Positions 9,077 through 20,288 of a DNA stretch of 64,000 nucleotides are shown piece after piece. Position 1 is the stretch's first letter. Each line of letters begins with the position of its first letter. The position numbers were made by a program, and so were the translations under genes. The notes under the pieces are model-generated. The model saw only the letters and a program-made list of their open reading frames with translations, did no database searches and was not told where the DNA came from. Origin of the DNA: Candidatus Zixiibacteriota bacterium (GTDB lineage: Bacteria; Zixibacteria; MSB-5A5; UBA10806; 4484-95); the NCBI GenBank assembly GCA_021159005.1, contig JAGGSN010000206.1:26260-90259 (forward strand), written 5' to 3'.

Positions 9077-11851
9077 ATGTTCAAAAATGCTAAAGGGTTT
9101 TCTGTTTGGCTGATGATTTGGATTTTCGTTATAGCCGCATCAGCCGCGGGTTCGGAGGGCGATTTAACAACCGATATCATGATAGTTGACACCTTGTTAT
9201 CGGAAGATTTTAGCGGCCCAATTGGGCCAATCATCAACAACCCAATACCGGGCTGGACAGTTAGCGACAGCGGCGTGCCCGAGTGGGATGAGACATCCTG
9301 GTCGCTTTACGACCCGCCAGCCGTTTATGAACCCTATTGGAACGGCAACCTTTGCCGAACATTTTTTGCCGGCGACAATGCAATTGCAGATTGGCTGATT
9401 TCACCTATATTCGATTGCACGGCTGAAGATTCTGTATTTTTGTCATTCAAGCAAAGCCATTCCAACAGTTCTGGCAATCCCGATACCGCGTTTGTATTCG
9501 GCTCGATAGATGGCGGCTTGAATTGGGATTATACTGTGTTTATGACCGATTCTACTATGGGAGCGCTGAATGGGCCCGACACGCAGTCAATCTATTTACC
9601 ATGGGCTGATGGTGAAAGCAATGTTCAAATTGCTTTCGTCCTGAAAGGCTCGTATGTCCTGACATGGTATCTCGATGAGCCATTTGTGTTTGGCAATGTA
9701 TCCGATACGCTGGTATATGAGGCTTTCAACGGCGCTTGGGGACCGTTTGGTGATAATCCACCCAACGGCTGGAAAATCGTCAATGAGGTTACGCCGGCTC
9801 CAGCGGACGGCAACGACTGGTCGAGATGGTATTATTCCACCTGGGGTGATACTATCGCCCGGGCTTATCATATACCATCTGAATATCAAAAAGAATGGCT
9901 GATTACTCCAAGTCTTTCGTTTGGTTCAACTTCTTTATGCAGTCTTTCCTTTTATGTTAATTACTGGGATGACACTTACAGCAATTTAACCGATACGGCT
10001 TTTATCTATGGTTCCACGGATAATGGACTGACATGGCCTCATGAGATAGTTGTTTATACAGCCGATGAGGGCGGCTCTAACCACGAGACAGCTTATCGGT
10101 CTTATGATATTACTTCTTGGGCGCTGGGCGAAAGTCAGGTAAAAATCGGCTTTAAGTATGTTGGCTTCGATGGCTGGTGGTGGATAATCGATGACGTTTC
10201 TGTTTCCCAGACAATCCTGCTAAGTGATAATATTGAAGCCGTATCTTTTGATTATCCAACCGATTTTATAGTTACCGAACAAAGCTATAATCCAAAAGCA
10301 ACCGTTAGAAATATGGGGTCGCTTCAGCAAACTTTCGATGTTAATCTCACCGTAAAAGACCCCAGTGATATCGAAATTTACAACCAGACAGAGACCGGCA
10401 TCACGCTTGATTCATTAGAAGCAACTCAGTTAACATTCACGGCTCCGTTTTCTGCCTCTGTCGAAGGCGATTATACATTCATTGTGTTGGTAATCAATCC
10501 GGGGGACGAGGCAGCCATCGATGATACCGTTTATGCGGTAATCCCCGCCTGCGAACATCAGGGAATGGGCGGGCCTGATGCATACGGCTACAGTTATTTC
10601 GATAACACAGTTGCCGGAGGTCCCGAATTCAGCTGGATTGATATTTCCGGTACCGGCACCCAGCTTAGTCCAACGGACCATTATTTTATGTCTGCCGCAC
10701 TGCCTATAGGTTTCAGCTTTGAATTCTATGGCCAGTCTTATGATACTATGTGGGTCAACTCGCATGGTTCGGTTCATCTGGGCGTTCGCGATGTCTGGCT
10801 TGGCACCAATGATTGCCCCTTACCGGATACCTCATCGCCGCATGCCCCAATGGCGCTGGTTTTCTGGGATTTTCTGCATGTTCAATATGAAATCGGGCAG
10901 GGAGTATATTACCAATATTTTGATGAACCTGATATTGATTACACTGTCATTCAATGGAAAACTTCCATAATGAATGAACTGAGCGATTCGCTTGAATTCG
11001 AATTAGTATTATTCGAGGATGGGAAATTGCTGTATCAGTATAATTACCTTGCCGAAAGCATATCGAGCGGACTGGGACAGGAGGCGACAATTGGCTTGGA
11101 ATACGAATTTATTCCATCCGGTTTAAGCTATCTGTGCAATGACGACAACCCGGCTAACCGGCTGTTCGGCGGCTTAGCCGTTGAATGGATTGCCGATACA
11201 TCATCCACCGGAACAATTGCCGGCTTGGTTGCCGATGCGTCATCCGGCGATTCCTTAGAGGGTGTTTATGTTGTTGCAGCAGGTATGCGCGATGATACCT
11301 ATACTGACGAGAATGGAGAATATGAACTGGCATCATTAGCCCCCGGCATGTATGAAGTCTCATTTTCATTAGCCGGTTATGCAGACACTACATTTACCAA
11401 TATCGAGGTTATCGCCGGCAGTATCACTCATCTTGATGTCCAGATGCAAGCGTCCGGCTACGCCTATTTGCCCGGCGATGCTAATATGTCCTTAGGTTTA
11501 TGGCCGCCAAGAACAATCGGCGGCGATGTTACCTTCCTGGTTAACTACTTCAAGGGTTCATCAGCTTCGGTTCAATGCTTGATGAATAACCCATCGGCTG
11601 GCAATCCATACTTCTGGGCTTCAGCGGATGCTAATGGCGACTGTATTGTAATGGGCAGCGACGTGGTTAAGTTGGTAAACTACTTCAGAGGTACAACAAC
11701 GCTATCGTATTGTGCTGATTATCCACCATGCTGGTTTACAACCGGTGAAGCTGAAGCTGACGGTCAACCGGTTGGCTGGCCGAACTGTCAAAGTCCGCCA
11801 ACACCGGCAGTTCCAGGCTCGGTAATTCAACTAAAGCCGATTACTGAATAG
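9077..11851 (+). CDS. Secreted multi-domain protein: two cleaved-adhesin/MAM-like domains, CARDB/Ig, carboxypeptidase-regulatory-like domain, C-terminal dockerin-like domain
   Basis: Signal peptide; two xxEDF...WLISP/WLITP...IDD-type domains; GGPDAYGY segment; GTIAGLVADASSG...TDENGEY; two dockerin-like repeats GDANM...DVTFLVNYFKG and ADANGD...SDVVKLVNYFRG. Confidence 0.65.
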   Translation: MFKNAKGFSVWLMIWIFVIAASAAGSEGDLTTDIMIVDTLLSEDFSGPIGPIINNPIPGWTVSDSGVPEWDETSWSLYDPPAVYEPYWNGNLCRTFFAGDNAIADWLISPIFDCTAEDSVFLSFKQSHSNSSGNPDTAFVFGSIDGGLNWDYTVFMTDSTMGALNGPDTQSIYLPWADGESNVQIAFVLKGSYVLTWYLDEPFVFGNVSDTLVYEAFNGAWGPFGDNPPNGWKIVNEVTPAPADGNDWSRWYYSTWGDTIARAYHIPSEYQKEWLITPSLSFGSTSLCSLSFYVNYWDDTYSNLTDTAFIYGSTDNGLTWPHEIVVYTADEGGSNHETAYRSYDITSWALGESQVKIGFKYVGFDGWWWIIDDVSVSQTILLSDNIEAVSFDYPTDFIVTEQSYNPKATVRNMGSLQQTFDVNLTVKDPSDIEIYNQTETGITLDSLEATQLTFTAPFSASVEGDYTFIVLVINPGDEAAIDDTVYAVIPACEHQGMGGPDAYGYSYFDNTVAGGPEFSWIDISGTGTQLSPTDHYFMSAALPIGFSFEFYGQSYDTMWVNSHGSVHLGVRDVWLGTNDCPLPDTSSPHAPMALVFWDFLHVQYEIGQGVYYQYFDEPDIDYTVIQWKTSIMNELSDSLEFELVLFEDGKLLYQYNYLAESISSGLGQEATIGLEYEFIPSGLSYLCNDDNPANRLFGGLAVEWIADTSSTGTIAGLVADASSGDSLEGVYVVAAGMRDDTYTDENGEYELASLAPGMYEVSFSLAGYADTTFTNIEVIAGSITHLDVQMQASGYAYLPGDANMSLGLWPPRTIGGDVTFLVNYFKGSSASVQCLMNNPSAGNPYFWASADANGDCIVMGSDVVKLVNYFRGTTTLSYCADYPPCWFTTGEAEADGQPVGWPNCQSPPTPAVPGSVIQLKPITE

Positions 11852-11875
11852 TTATTATCCTGATTTAAGCTAAAT

Positions 11876-11910
11876 AATAGCCGCTCGATAGATTTCGAGC
11901 GGCTATTTTA
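11876..11910 (+). terminator. Rho-independent terminator
   Basis: 13-bp perfect stem aatagccgctcga / tcgagcggctatt with a 6-nt loop, directly downstream of the 924-aa gene. Confidence 0.75.
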
Positions 11911-11989
11911 ATAATTAAGCATATAATCTTCGATAATCATTGAATTATCCGATAAAATTGATTATAAGCATCTTTAGGGCACAAATAAT

Positions 11990-14900
11990 GTGTCCTTACG
12001 TATGAAAAAGATGATGAAAATAATCAACCTTTCAATACTGATAATGCTGACAGCCGCATGTCTTTGCTATGGCGAAAACAAGGATGATAAGCCTATAGAT
12101 TTGATTCATGCAGATAAATTCTTATCAAGCGGCGAGGATATAAACAACATCTTAAACCTTTTCGGCAATGTGCATCTTAGACATGGCACCGCCGATATGT
12201 TCTCCGAAAGGGTTATCTGGTATAAAAAAACGGATGTTGTAGTTTTTATCGACTCAGTCAAATTAATTGACGGTTCACGCACGCTAAAATGTCAACAATT
12301 AACTTACTATCGGCGAACGGGGCTGGCTAAGGCTGTCGATGATGTTGAGATTACAGATAAATTCGAGCAATTGCTTTTAACTGCTGATACGGTGGTTTTT
12401 CAAAAGGATATCGATAATTTTACCGCTACCGGCGAGCCGGTGTTTACGGTTTATCCCGATGATGATTCGGCAAGAATGGTAATAGTCGGCGACAGCATTA
12501 TCTATAACAGCGAACAAAAGACAGGGGAAGCTGTTAATAATGTCAAGATAACTCGCCGCAACATGATTGCCGATTGTGACAAAGCTGATTTTTTCGATTC
12601 GGGTCAAAGGATTGTGCTTAACGGCGATCCGATTGTTACCCATAATGAAAATGTACTCAAAGGCGACCAGATAGAATTACAGACGCTTGATAGGATATTA
12701 ATAGGAATGCTTATCGAGGGCAATGCCAGTGCCGCCTATCGTTCACAACCGGATAGCACCATTGAGGAATACACCAATGCAACCCTCAAGGGAAAACAAC
12801 TTGAAGCGTATTTCGATAATGATGAATTAACGAAAGCCGTGATGAGGCGCAACGCAGTCAGCCATTATATTCCAGCGCCTAATGATTCGACGGCCAATGG
12901 ACAAAATACAGCCAGCGGCGATTCAATTACTCTTTTCTTCAAAGAATCCGATGTCTGCCGGATTCTGATAATCGGCGGCGCCGAGGGGAAATACACCGAA
13001 GAAAAAATTCTGGATACCGGCGAAGTTGAACCTGAAACCACTTACTATGATGCTCATGAAATCGATTATGATGTTGACAATAAATTGATAAAGCTTAAAA
13101 ACAACAGCCGGTTGAGATACCAGGCAATGACTCTTAAATCAGGCTTAATAGATTTTGATATCAATGAAGCCATTATGATTGCCACCGGATTTATCGAGCA
13201 ATCCGATTCCGGCGATACTCTGGTTCAGACGCCGGTATTAAGCGAAAGCGGCGATGAATTATATGGGCAGCGTATGGCCTATAATATTAAAACCCGCAGA
13301 GGCAAAGTCGAGCTTGGAAAAACAGAGTTCGACAATGGTTTTTATCATGGCAAAGAGTTAAGGCAGGTCGAAAAGGATGTTTTGTTTGTATCATCCGGCG
13401 AATATACTACCTGCGATTTAGAGCATCCCCATTTTCATTTCTATTGTCATAGGATGAAAATGGTTTCCAAAGATAAGGTAATTGCCAAACCGGTAATACT
13501 TTTTATAGGTCCGCTGCCGGTATTCATTATCCCCTACTATATATTTCCTATCAGCAAAGGCAGGCATTCCGGTTTTTTAACATTTAACATGAGCAATATT
13601 GAAAGCCAGAATAGATTTATAAGAAACTTCGGCTATTATTGGGCTGCCTCCGATTACTGGGATATTAAATCAAGTCTTGATTTTGATGAAAACAAAAGCA
13701 TTCGCATAAATAGTTCGATTAATTACGCGCTCCGTTATGTTCTTTCCGGCAGAGTAAGCGGTTCATTTTCGCGTCAGACAAGCTGGAGCGGCTATGAGAG
13801 GAATGTTAATGTTGGTTGGGGCATAAATTTCTCTCACAACCAGCCCCTAACCGAAACGATGAATTTAAAAGCCGGCGGTTCTTTTCAATCAAGCAAAGAC
13901 TATAATATTGACAACAGCTACGATCAGGATGAAAGACTGAGACGTACTGTGCGCGCTAATGCCAGCCTCAGCAAAAGATGGAAAAATGAATCGGCTGCGA
14001 TAGCCTTAGATCAGAATTGGAACCTTGATACCGATGTAAAAACGCAACTTTTGCCAACGATTACATTTTCACGTAAATCGATGCAGATATTTCCGCCGCC
14101 ATCGAAGAAAACAAATATACGGGTATTGCCTTGGGAAGAACAACCTGAGGAGGACAGCCAGAAATGGTACAATTCGATATATTTCAAAATCAGCAGCAAA
14201 CTTCAGAACCGCCATCATCAAAGCAAAAAGTCGGATTCTCTTGTTGCGGATTATCTCGATTGGGAGAAATATAAAACAATTAACAGCCAGGTAAATTTGT
14301 CGGCTCCTCAGAAATTATTCGGGGCGATAACTTTAAACCCAGCTATTGTAATAAAACAGACGTTTTACAAAATCGATAAGCTTCATGCCGCCGATACTGC
14401 TGATGCTAAAGTTGCTACCGATGGTTATTATAGTCGGGAGGTCTGGTCAACATCGCTTACAGCTAATACGAACCTGTATGGCACGGTTTATCCCAATATA
14501 TTTTATATCACCGGGCTTCGGCATGTGATGACACCCTCGATAAGCTACAGTTATGCGCCAAAAACCGAACGCAATAAGGAATATTACGATTTTACGAGAG
14601 TTGGCTCTTCCTCAAGCCGAAGAAAAAGTATGAGTTTTGGCTTAGGTAATCTATTTCAGATGAAAATCAAATCGGGCGAAGCCGAGAAGAAAATTGATTT
14701 GTTCAGATTAAGCTCATCTGTCAGCTATGATTTTGAAAAAGATGAGCAAAGATGGAGCAACCTTTCAAGCTCGATAAACAGCAGCGCCCTTAAATATATC
14801 CAACTCAGCTTTAGCGCTGTTCATGATTTCTATGATGAACAAACTAAAGAATTACGGGCACTGGATCCCTGGCTGAAAAGCCTGTCGGGTTCTATGTCTT

Positions 14901-15379
14901 TTTCACAGAGATTTGTTATATTCGGAAAAAGACGCGAGAGCGAAAGCGGGTTTGGCTTTGGTGATGAAGACACTTTAAGCTTTAATGATGAAACTGAGCG
15001 TCCCCTGCCGAGAGCCAACAATAGAGATATGCTTTCTAATAAGGATACCGAAACAGCAATTAAAATAAGCCTTTCTCACAGATATACAGAACAGCGCAGT
15101 ATGGGAAAAACAACCTCCAAAACCAGGTGGCTAAGTGCGGCATTCGATCTTGCGCTGACAGCTGGTTGGCATATGACATTGGATTTGCAGTATGATATGG
15201 AAACGAAAAGAACCAATTATCCCAAGTTTACTCTTGAACGTAATCTTCATTGCTGGGCAGGAGAATTTATATGGCGGCCATCCGGGACGCTGGCCGGTTA
15301 TTATCTTAGGATATACATATTGCAATTGCCGGATATAAAAATCGAGAAATCGGTCGGCGATGTCAGACCCGGTCGTTGA
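11990..15379 (+). CDS. lptD: LPS assembly protein LptD with extended OstA/LptA-like N-terminus
   Basis: OstA-type beta-jellyroll repeats, GEYTTCDLEHPHF, IGPLPVFIIPYYIFP, GYYWAASDYWD and C-terminal ERNLHCWAGEF; true start may be ATG 12002. Confidence 0.8.
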   Translation: MSLRMKKMMKIINLSILIMLTAACLCYGENKDDKPIDLIHADKFLSSGEDINNILNLFGNVHLRHGTADMFSERVIWYKKTDVVVFIDSVKLIDGSRTLKCQQLTYYRRTGLAKAVDDVEITDKFEQLLLTADTVVFQKDIDNFTATGEPVFTVYPDDDSARMVIVGDSIIYNSEQKTGEAVNNVKITRRNMIADCDKADFFDSGQRIVLNGDPIVTHNENVLKGDQIELQTLDRILIGMLIEGNASAAYRSQPDSTIEEYTNATLKGKQLEAYFDNDELTKAVMRRNAVSHYIPAPNDSTANGQNTASGDSITLFFKESDVCRILIIGGAEGKYTEEKILDTGEVEPETTYYDAHEIDYDVDNKLIKLKNNSRLRYQAMTLKSGLIDFDINEAIMIATGFIEQSDSGDTLVQTPVLSESGDELYGQRMAYNIKTRRGKVELGKTEFDNGFYHGKELRQVEKDVLFVSSGEYTTCDLEHPHFHFYCHRMKMVSKDKVIAKPVILFIGPLPVFIIPYYIFPISKGRHSGFLTFNMSNIESQNRFIRNFGYYWAASDYWDIKSSLDFDENKSIRINSSINYALRYVLSGRVSGSFSRQTSWSGYERNVNVGWGINFSHNQPLTETMNLKAGGSFQSSKDYNIDNSYDQDERLRRTVRANASLSKRWKNESAAIALDQNWNLDTDVKTQLLPTITFSRKSMQIFPPPSKKTNIRVLPWEEQPEEDSQKWYNSIYFKISSKLQNRHHQSKKSDSLVADYLDWEKYKTINSQVNLSAPQKLFGAITLNPAIVIKQTFYKIDKLHAADTADAKVATDGYYSREVWSTSLTANTNLYGTVYPNIFYITGLRHVMTPSISYSYAPKTERNKEYYDFTRVGSSSSRRKSMSFGLGNLFQMKIKSGEAEKKIDLFRLSSSVSYDFEKDEQRWSNLSSSINSSALKYIQLSFSAVHDFYDEQTKELRALDPWLKSLSGSMSFSQRFVIFGKRRESESGFGFGDEDTLSFNDETERPLPRANNRDMLSNKDTETAIKISLSHRYTEQRSMGKTTSKTRWLSAAFDLALTAGWHMTLDLQYDMETKRTNYPKFTLERNLHCWAGEFIWRPSGTLAGYYLRIYILQLPDIKIEKSVGDVRPGR

Positions 15380-15584
15380 TAGCATTTTTTGACCATGATT
15401 TTCCAATTGGGCAAAATAAATTTAATTGAAGCAGTTGAGATTTAATCTGGCGTTTATGGTATAATCACTGTCAATAGATAATATGTGCTGGCAAAAGTAG
15501 GTCGAGTCCGCTTGGGACCTGAATCGCCAGTTAAATAGGTCAAACCTCAAGTAGGCTTGACTTACTGGGTTGGCATCCGCCAGA

Positions 15585-15611
15585 GCTGTCGGAAATAACT
15601 TCCGATAGCAC
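15585..15611. repeat. Dispersed palindrome family I, copy 1
   Basis: gctgtcggaaataacttccgatagcac matches the consensus GTGCTGTCGGAAG-N3-CTTCCGACAGCAC. Confidence 0.8.
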
Positions 15612-15628
15612 AAAAATAACAATTTATG

Positions 15629-15687
15629 CAGGTTGTAGTGAAGCGTGGACTGCTGACTTTATTGACAGGCAAAATATGTCAGTTTAT
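15629..15687. repeat. Dispersed element family II, copy 1
   Basis: 45/59 ungapped identity by manual count to 22520-22578. Confidence 0.7.
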
Positions 15688-15771
15688 CCGCCTTAGGCGG
15701 ACTACGAACCGATATAACATAAAAATTCACAAATTTTATCATGCAATAGCAGAAGTTTTTCTTATATCAGA

Positions 15772-15806
15772 GTTGGCAGAAGTAACTTCCGACAGCACAA
15801 AAATAA
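15772..15806. repeat. Dispersed palindrome family I, copy 2 (degenerate left arm)
   Basis: gttggcagaagtaacttccgacagcacaaaaataa; shares the cacaaaaataa tail with copy 1. Confidence 0.7.
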
Positions 15807-15998
15807 TTGCGGTTAATGAATTGGCACTAAGGCTCGCAGGCGCAGATATATCCCTGCAAGCCATCCGGTTTGGGAAATAGCCCGGATTGACAACCTTTAT
15901 CTTGACATATTCGCTAAATTTTGGTAATCAATAACAGTGTGAATAGTAATTGTCATGTAAGAACATGGAACAGAAAATAATTAACGAGGTAAAATAAA

Positions 15999-16748
15999 AT
16001 GATGAAAAAGAATTTGATAATAGCGATAATTTCCACTGCTTTATTGGCAATATTTATTTCGGGCTGCGCCACGCGCCGCCAGATGGCTGAAACAAGTATT
16101 GAGTTGAATGAACTGCAGCGTGAACACCGACTGATTATGGCAACCTTACAGAAAATTGATTCGCTTATAGTTGAACAGAGCAAAGGCTCTAAAAAGCTGA
16201 ACGCCGATTTGAAAATGAGCATGTCGGCGCTTGAGGAAAGAATGCTGTTGGTAGAATCCAACCTCGAGGATGCCGTTGGCATGATTAACAGGTCTGTGGA
16301 GATGATGGATTCTAAAAGCCCCGGGCCAAATGTTAAGAATCAGTCTGATTCAACAAAAACAAGCGGCGAAATTGACCATCAGAAAGTTTATAAAATAGCT
16401 TATCAAGACGTGATTAAGGGCAATTATAAAATGGCTGTAAAAGGTTTTGAGAACTATCTCCAATTATACCCGAAAACCACGTTGGCTGATAATGCTGTTT
16501 ACTGGATTGGTGAATGTTATTATATTCAGAAAGATTACACAAAATCACAGAGTTGGTATAACAAGCTGATTGAGGATTACCCCAAATCCGAACACATGGC
16601 TTCAGCTAAGCTCAAATTGGGCATGTCATTATATAAGAAAAGGTATAGAACCAAAGCTAAGCAATACTTTCAGGATGTAGTTAATGATTTCCCCGGTACC
16701 GATGAAGCTAATCAGGCTGCCGAGATGCTTCAGGGATACAAACGATAG
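15999..16748 (+). CDS. cpoB: Tol-Pal associated coiled-coil/TPR lipoprotein CpoB (YbgF)
   Basis: Lipobox ISGC, coiled coil, then NYLQLYPKTTLADNAVYWIGECYY and YPKSEHMASAKLKLG TPRs. Confidence 0.8.
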   Translation: MMKKNLIIAIISTALLAIFISGCATRRQMAETSIELNELQREHRLIMATLQKIDSLIVEQSKGSKKLNADLKMSMSALEERMLLVESNLEDAVGMINRSVEMMDSKSPGPNVKNQSDSTKTSGEIDHQKVYKIAYQDVIKGNYKMAVKGFENYLQLYPKTTLADNAVYWIGECYYIQKDYTKSQSWYNKLIEDYPKSEHMASAKLKLGMSLYKKRYRTKAKQYFQDVVNDFPGTDEANQAAEMLQGYKR

Positions 16749-16941
16749 AATTGCGATTTTGCAACTTTTATTAGACGAAGATATTTTTCCTAACTGTAAA
16801 TTGTTGCGCAGCAATCAACGTGTATATTCACGTTCTGGCTCTTGATGATAACATGTATTTCCCTGACTATAATTTTAATTCGATATCAATACACATTTGC
16901 ATAAAAATAGCCTCCCGGAAAAGTGAAGTATTAGATAACTG

Positions 16942-17208
16942 CACTACTGTCCGGGCTTTTGTCCGCCTTTGGCGGATGCTATAGTGATGTCATTCCCCCG
17001 CCGCGGCGGGGGAAAGACGTAAATGGATAATCATCGAATTAAAATCAATTTCTCAAATCTTATCCCGAAATATTTAACAAAATAAAAAATGAAATATCAA
17101 TGTTAACTGGAATCGTCCAACATCTTGCTGCTGCTTAGATTATAATTCAAGAAAGTTTCGCTTTACTATATTATTGAAGAACTAAATCGAAAAGACCGGA
17201 CAGTAGTG
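16942..17208. mobile_element. Putative MITE-like non-autonomous element (267 bp)
   Basis: Terminal inverted repeats cactactgtccgggctttt (16942-16960) and aaaagaccggacagtagtg (17190-17208), 18/19 match; no ORF inside; no clear target-site duplication. Confidence 0.5.
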
Positions 17209-17366
17209 ATTTATTTTGTAGTTCTACTGCAAAATCTGGGGTTAAATCGTTTTATTTCAATCGCGATTTAATCCATTGGACTTGAGCACCATAAAAGTAT
17301 ATATTATCACCAAAATACAGGCGCAGGTATTAGCCTGTCACAGGTAATTAATTAAATATGAAATAA

Positions 17367-18761
<1,395 letters not shown>

Positions 18762-18810
18762 ATAGTAATTGTGCTGTTTAGTAAATATTGGCAGTGTTAG
18801 ATCTATAGTG

Positions 18811-18844
18811 GGGCGTCCGACAGCTACCGGATGCCCTCTTTTTT
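18811..18844 (+). terminator. Rho-independent terminator
   Basis: Stem gggcgtccg / cggatgccc followed by a T-run, downstream of tpl. Confidence 0.75.
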
Positions 18845-19076
18845 CAATTTTCCGTGAAATTATCTTTGATTCATACGTATCATTAAATCGATTAATTGCA
18901 ATATCTTGTATGATAGTCAATGGTATAATAAATTACTGATATTAGTTTTAAAAATATTGATATTACCTGCCCATATTCACCAACCCGCCAAAAACCGTTG
19001 ATAAAATGTTAATCGAATGTGGTTGATATTTAGCTATTTTTAATATAAAATCTATATACATAATAAGGAGAATATC

Positions 19077-20288
19077 ATGGCAGAATCTCTAAAAAACAAA
19101 AACATCCTGCTTGGCATATCCGGCGGTATCGCCGCCTTTAAGATTTGCGAGCTTTTGCGGCTATTGGTCAAAGCCGGCGCCAAGGTGCGAGTGGTAATGA
19201 CTGAATCGGCATCAAAATTCGTTGCGCCGCTGACATTCTCAGCCTTAGGCGCCGAATCGGTCTCTACCAACATGTGGGACCCCAACCGCGACAGCCTTCA
19301 ACATGTGAACTGGGCTGATTGGGCTGATATTATTGTAATAGCTCCCGCTACTGCAAACATAATAGCCAAAATGGCATCAGGTATCGCCGATGATGCGCTA
19401 TCCACTCAGCTTTTGGCTTTCGATGGTGCCAAGCTTATCGCCCCCGCTATGAATGTGAAGATGTGGCAAAACTATGCCACCCAGCGCAACATTAACGAAT
19501 TGAAAAAACATAATATTCAATTTATCGGACCTACCAAAGGTCATCTCGCTAATATGGCAATCGCAGAGGGGCGGATGGTTGAACCTGATGAGATTTTCAA
19601 GCGGTTAAAATCGATGATTCGGGGAAGGGATGATTTAGCTGGCTATAAAATTTTAGTAACTGCCGGACCTACAGTCGAACCGCTTGACCCGGTTAGATTC
19701 ATTTCCAATCGGTCATCCGGCAAGATGGGCTATGCAATCGCTGAGGCATTGAAAGACCGCGGCGCTGAGGTAATATTAGTATCCGGGCCGGTTTCAATTA
19801 AGGCGCCCCTTGACGTTGAGGTTATGCCGGTCGAAACCACCGAGCAGATGAAGACAGCGGTAGATAGATATTACAACACCGTCGATTCCGTATTTATGAC
19901 AGCCGCTGTAGCTGATTATAAACCAAAAGTATATTCAAAACAGAAAATCAAGAAAAGTAAACAGAACTTATCCCTGCTGTTAGTAAAGAATCCCGATATA
20001 CTAAGCGCGCTTGCCTCAAAACGTAACCGGAAAATATTAGTAGGCTTTGCGCTCGAAACTGAAAATCTTAAAGCCGCCGCCAAACGGAAAATGCTCGATA
20101 AGAAACTCGATATAATTGTTGCCAATAATCCCACCCAAAAAGGTGTCGAGTTTGGCTCTGATTTCAATAAAGCTGTTATTTTTATCAGGGGGAAAAAGCC
20201 TGTTGATTTGCAGGTTATGCCCAAAATCGAACTGGCGCATGTGATAATAGATGAACTGGTCAAATTATTTAAAGACAGAAAAAAATAA
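19077..20288 (+). CDS. coaBC: Bifunctional phosphopantothenoylcysteine decarboxylase / phosphopantothenate-cysteine ligase
   Basis: GISGGIAAFK, APATANIIAK, PAMN, VTAGPTVEPLDPVRFISNRSSGKMG, AAVADY and VGFALET. Confidence 0.95.
   Translation: MAESLKNKNILLGISGGIAAFKICELLRLLVKAGAKVRVVMTESASKFVAPLTFSALGAESVSTNMWDPNRDSLQHVNWADWADIIVIAPATANIIAKMASGIADDALSTQLLAFDGAKLIAPAMNVKMWQNYATQRNINELKKHNIQFIGPTKGHLANMAIAEGRMVEPDEIFKRLKSMIRGRDDLAGYKILVTAGPTVEPLDPVRFISNRSSGKMGYAIAEALKDRGAEVILVSGPVSIKAPLDVEVMPVETTEQMKTAVDRYYNTVDSVFMTAAVADYKPKVYSKQKIKKSKQNLSLLLVKNPDILSALASKRNRKILVGFALETENLKAAAKRKMLDKKLDIIVANNPTQKGVEFGSDFNKAVIFIRGKKPVDLQVMPKIELAHVIIDELVKLFKDRKK

Noticed and set aside
15626-15880. ORFs 15626-15880 and 22379-22663 sharing VVKR...K.CQF
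   Set aside because: The similarity is the translation of the non-coding family II repeat; both ORFs run through palindromes and lack an RBS.
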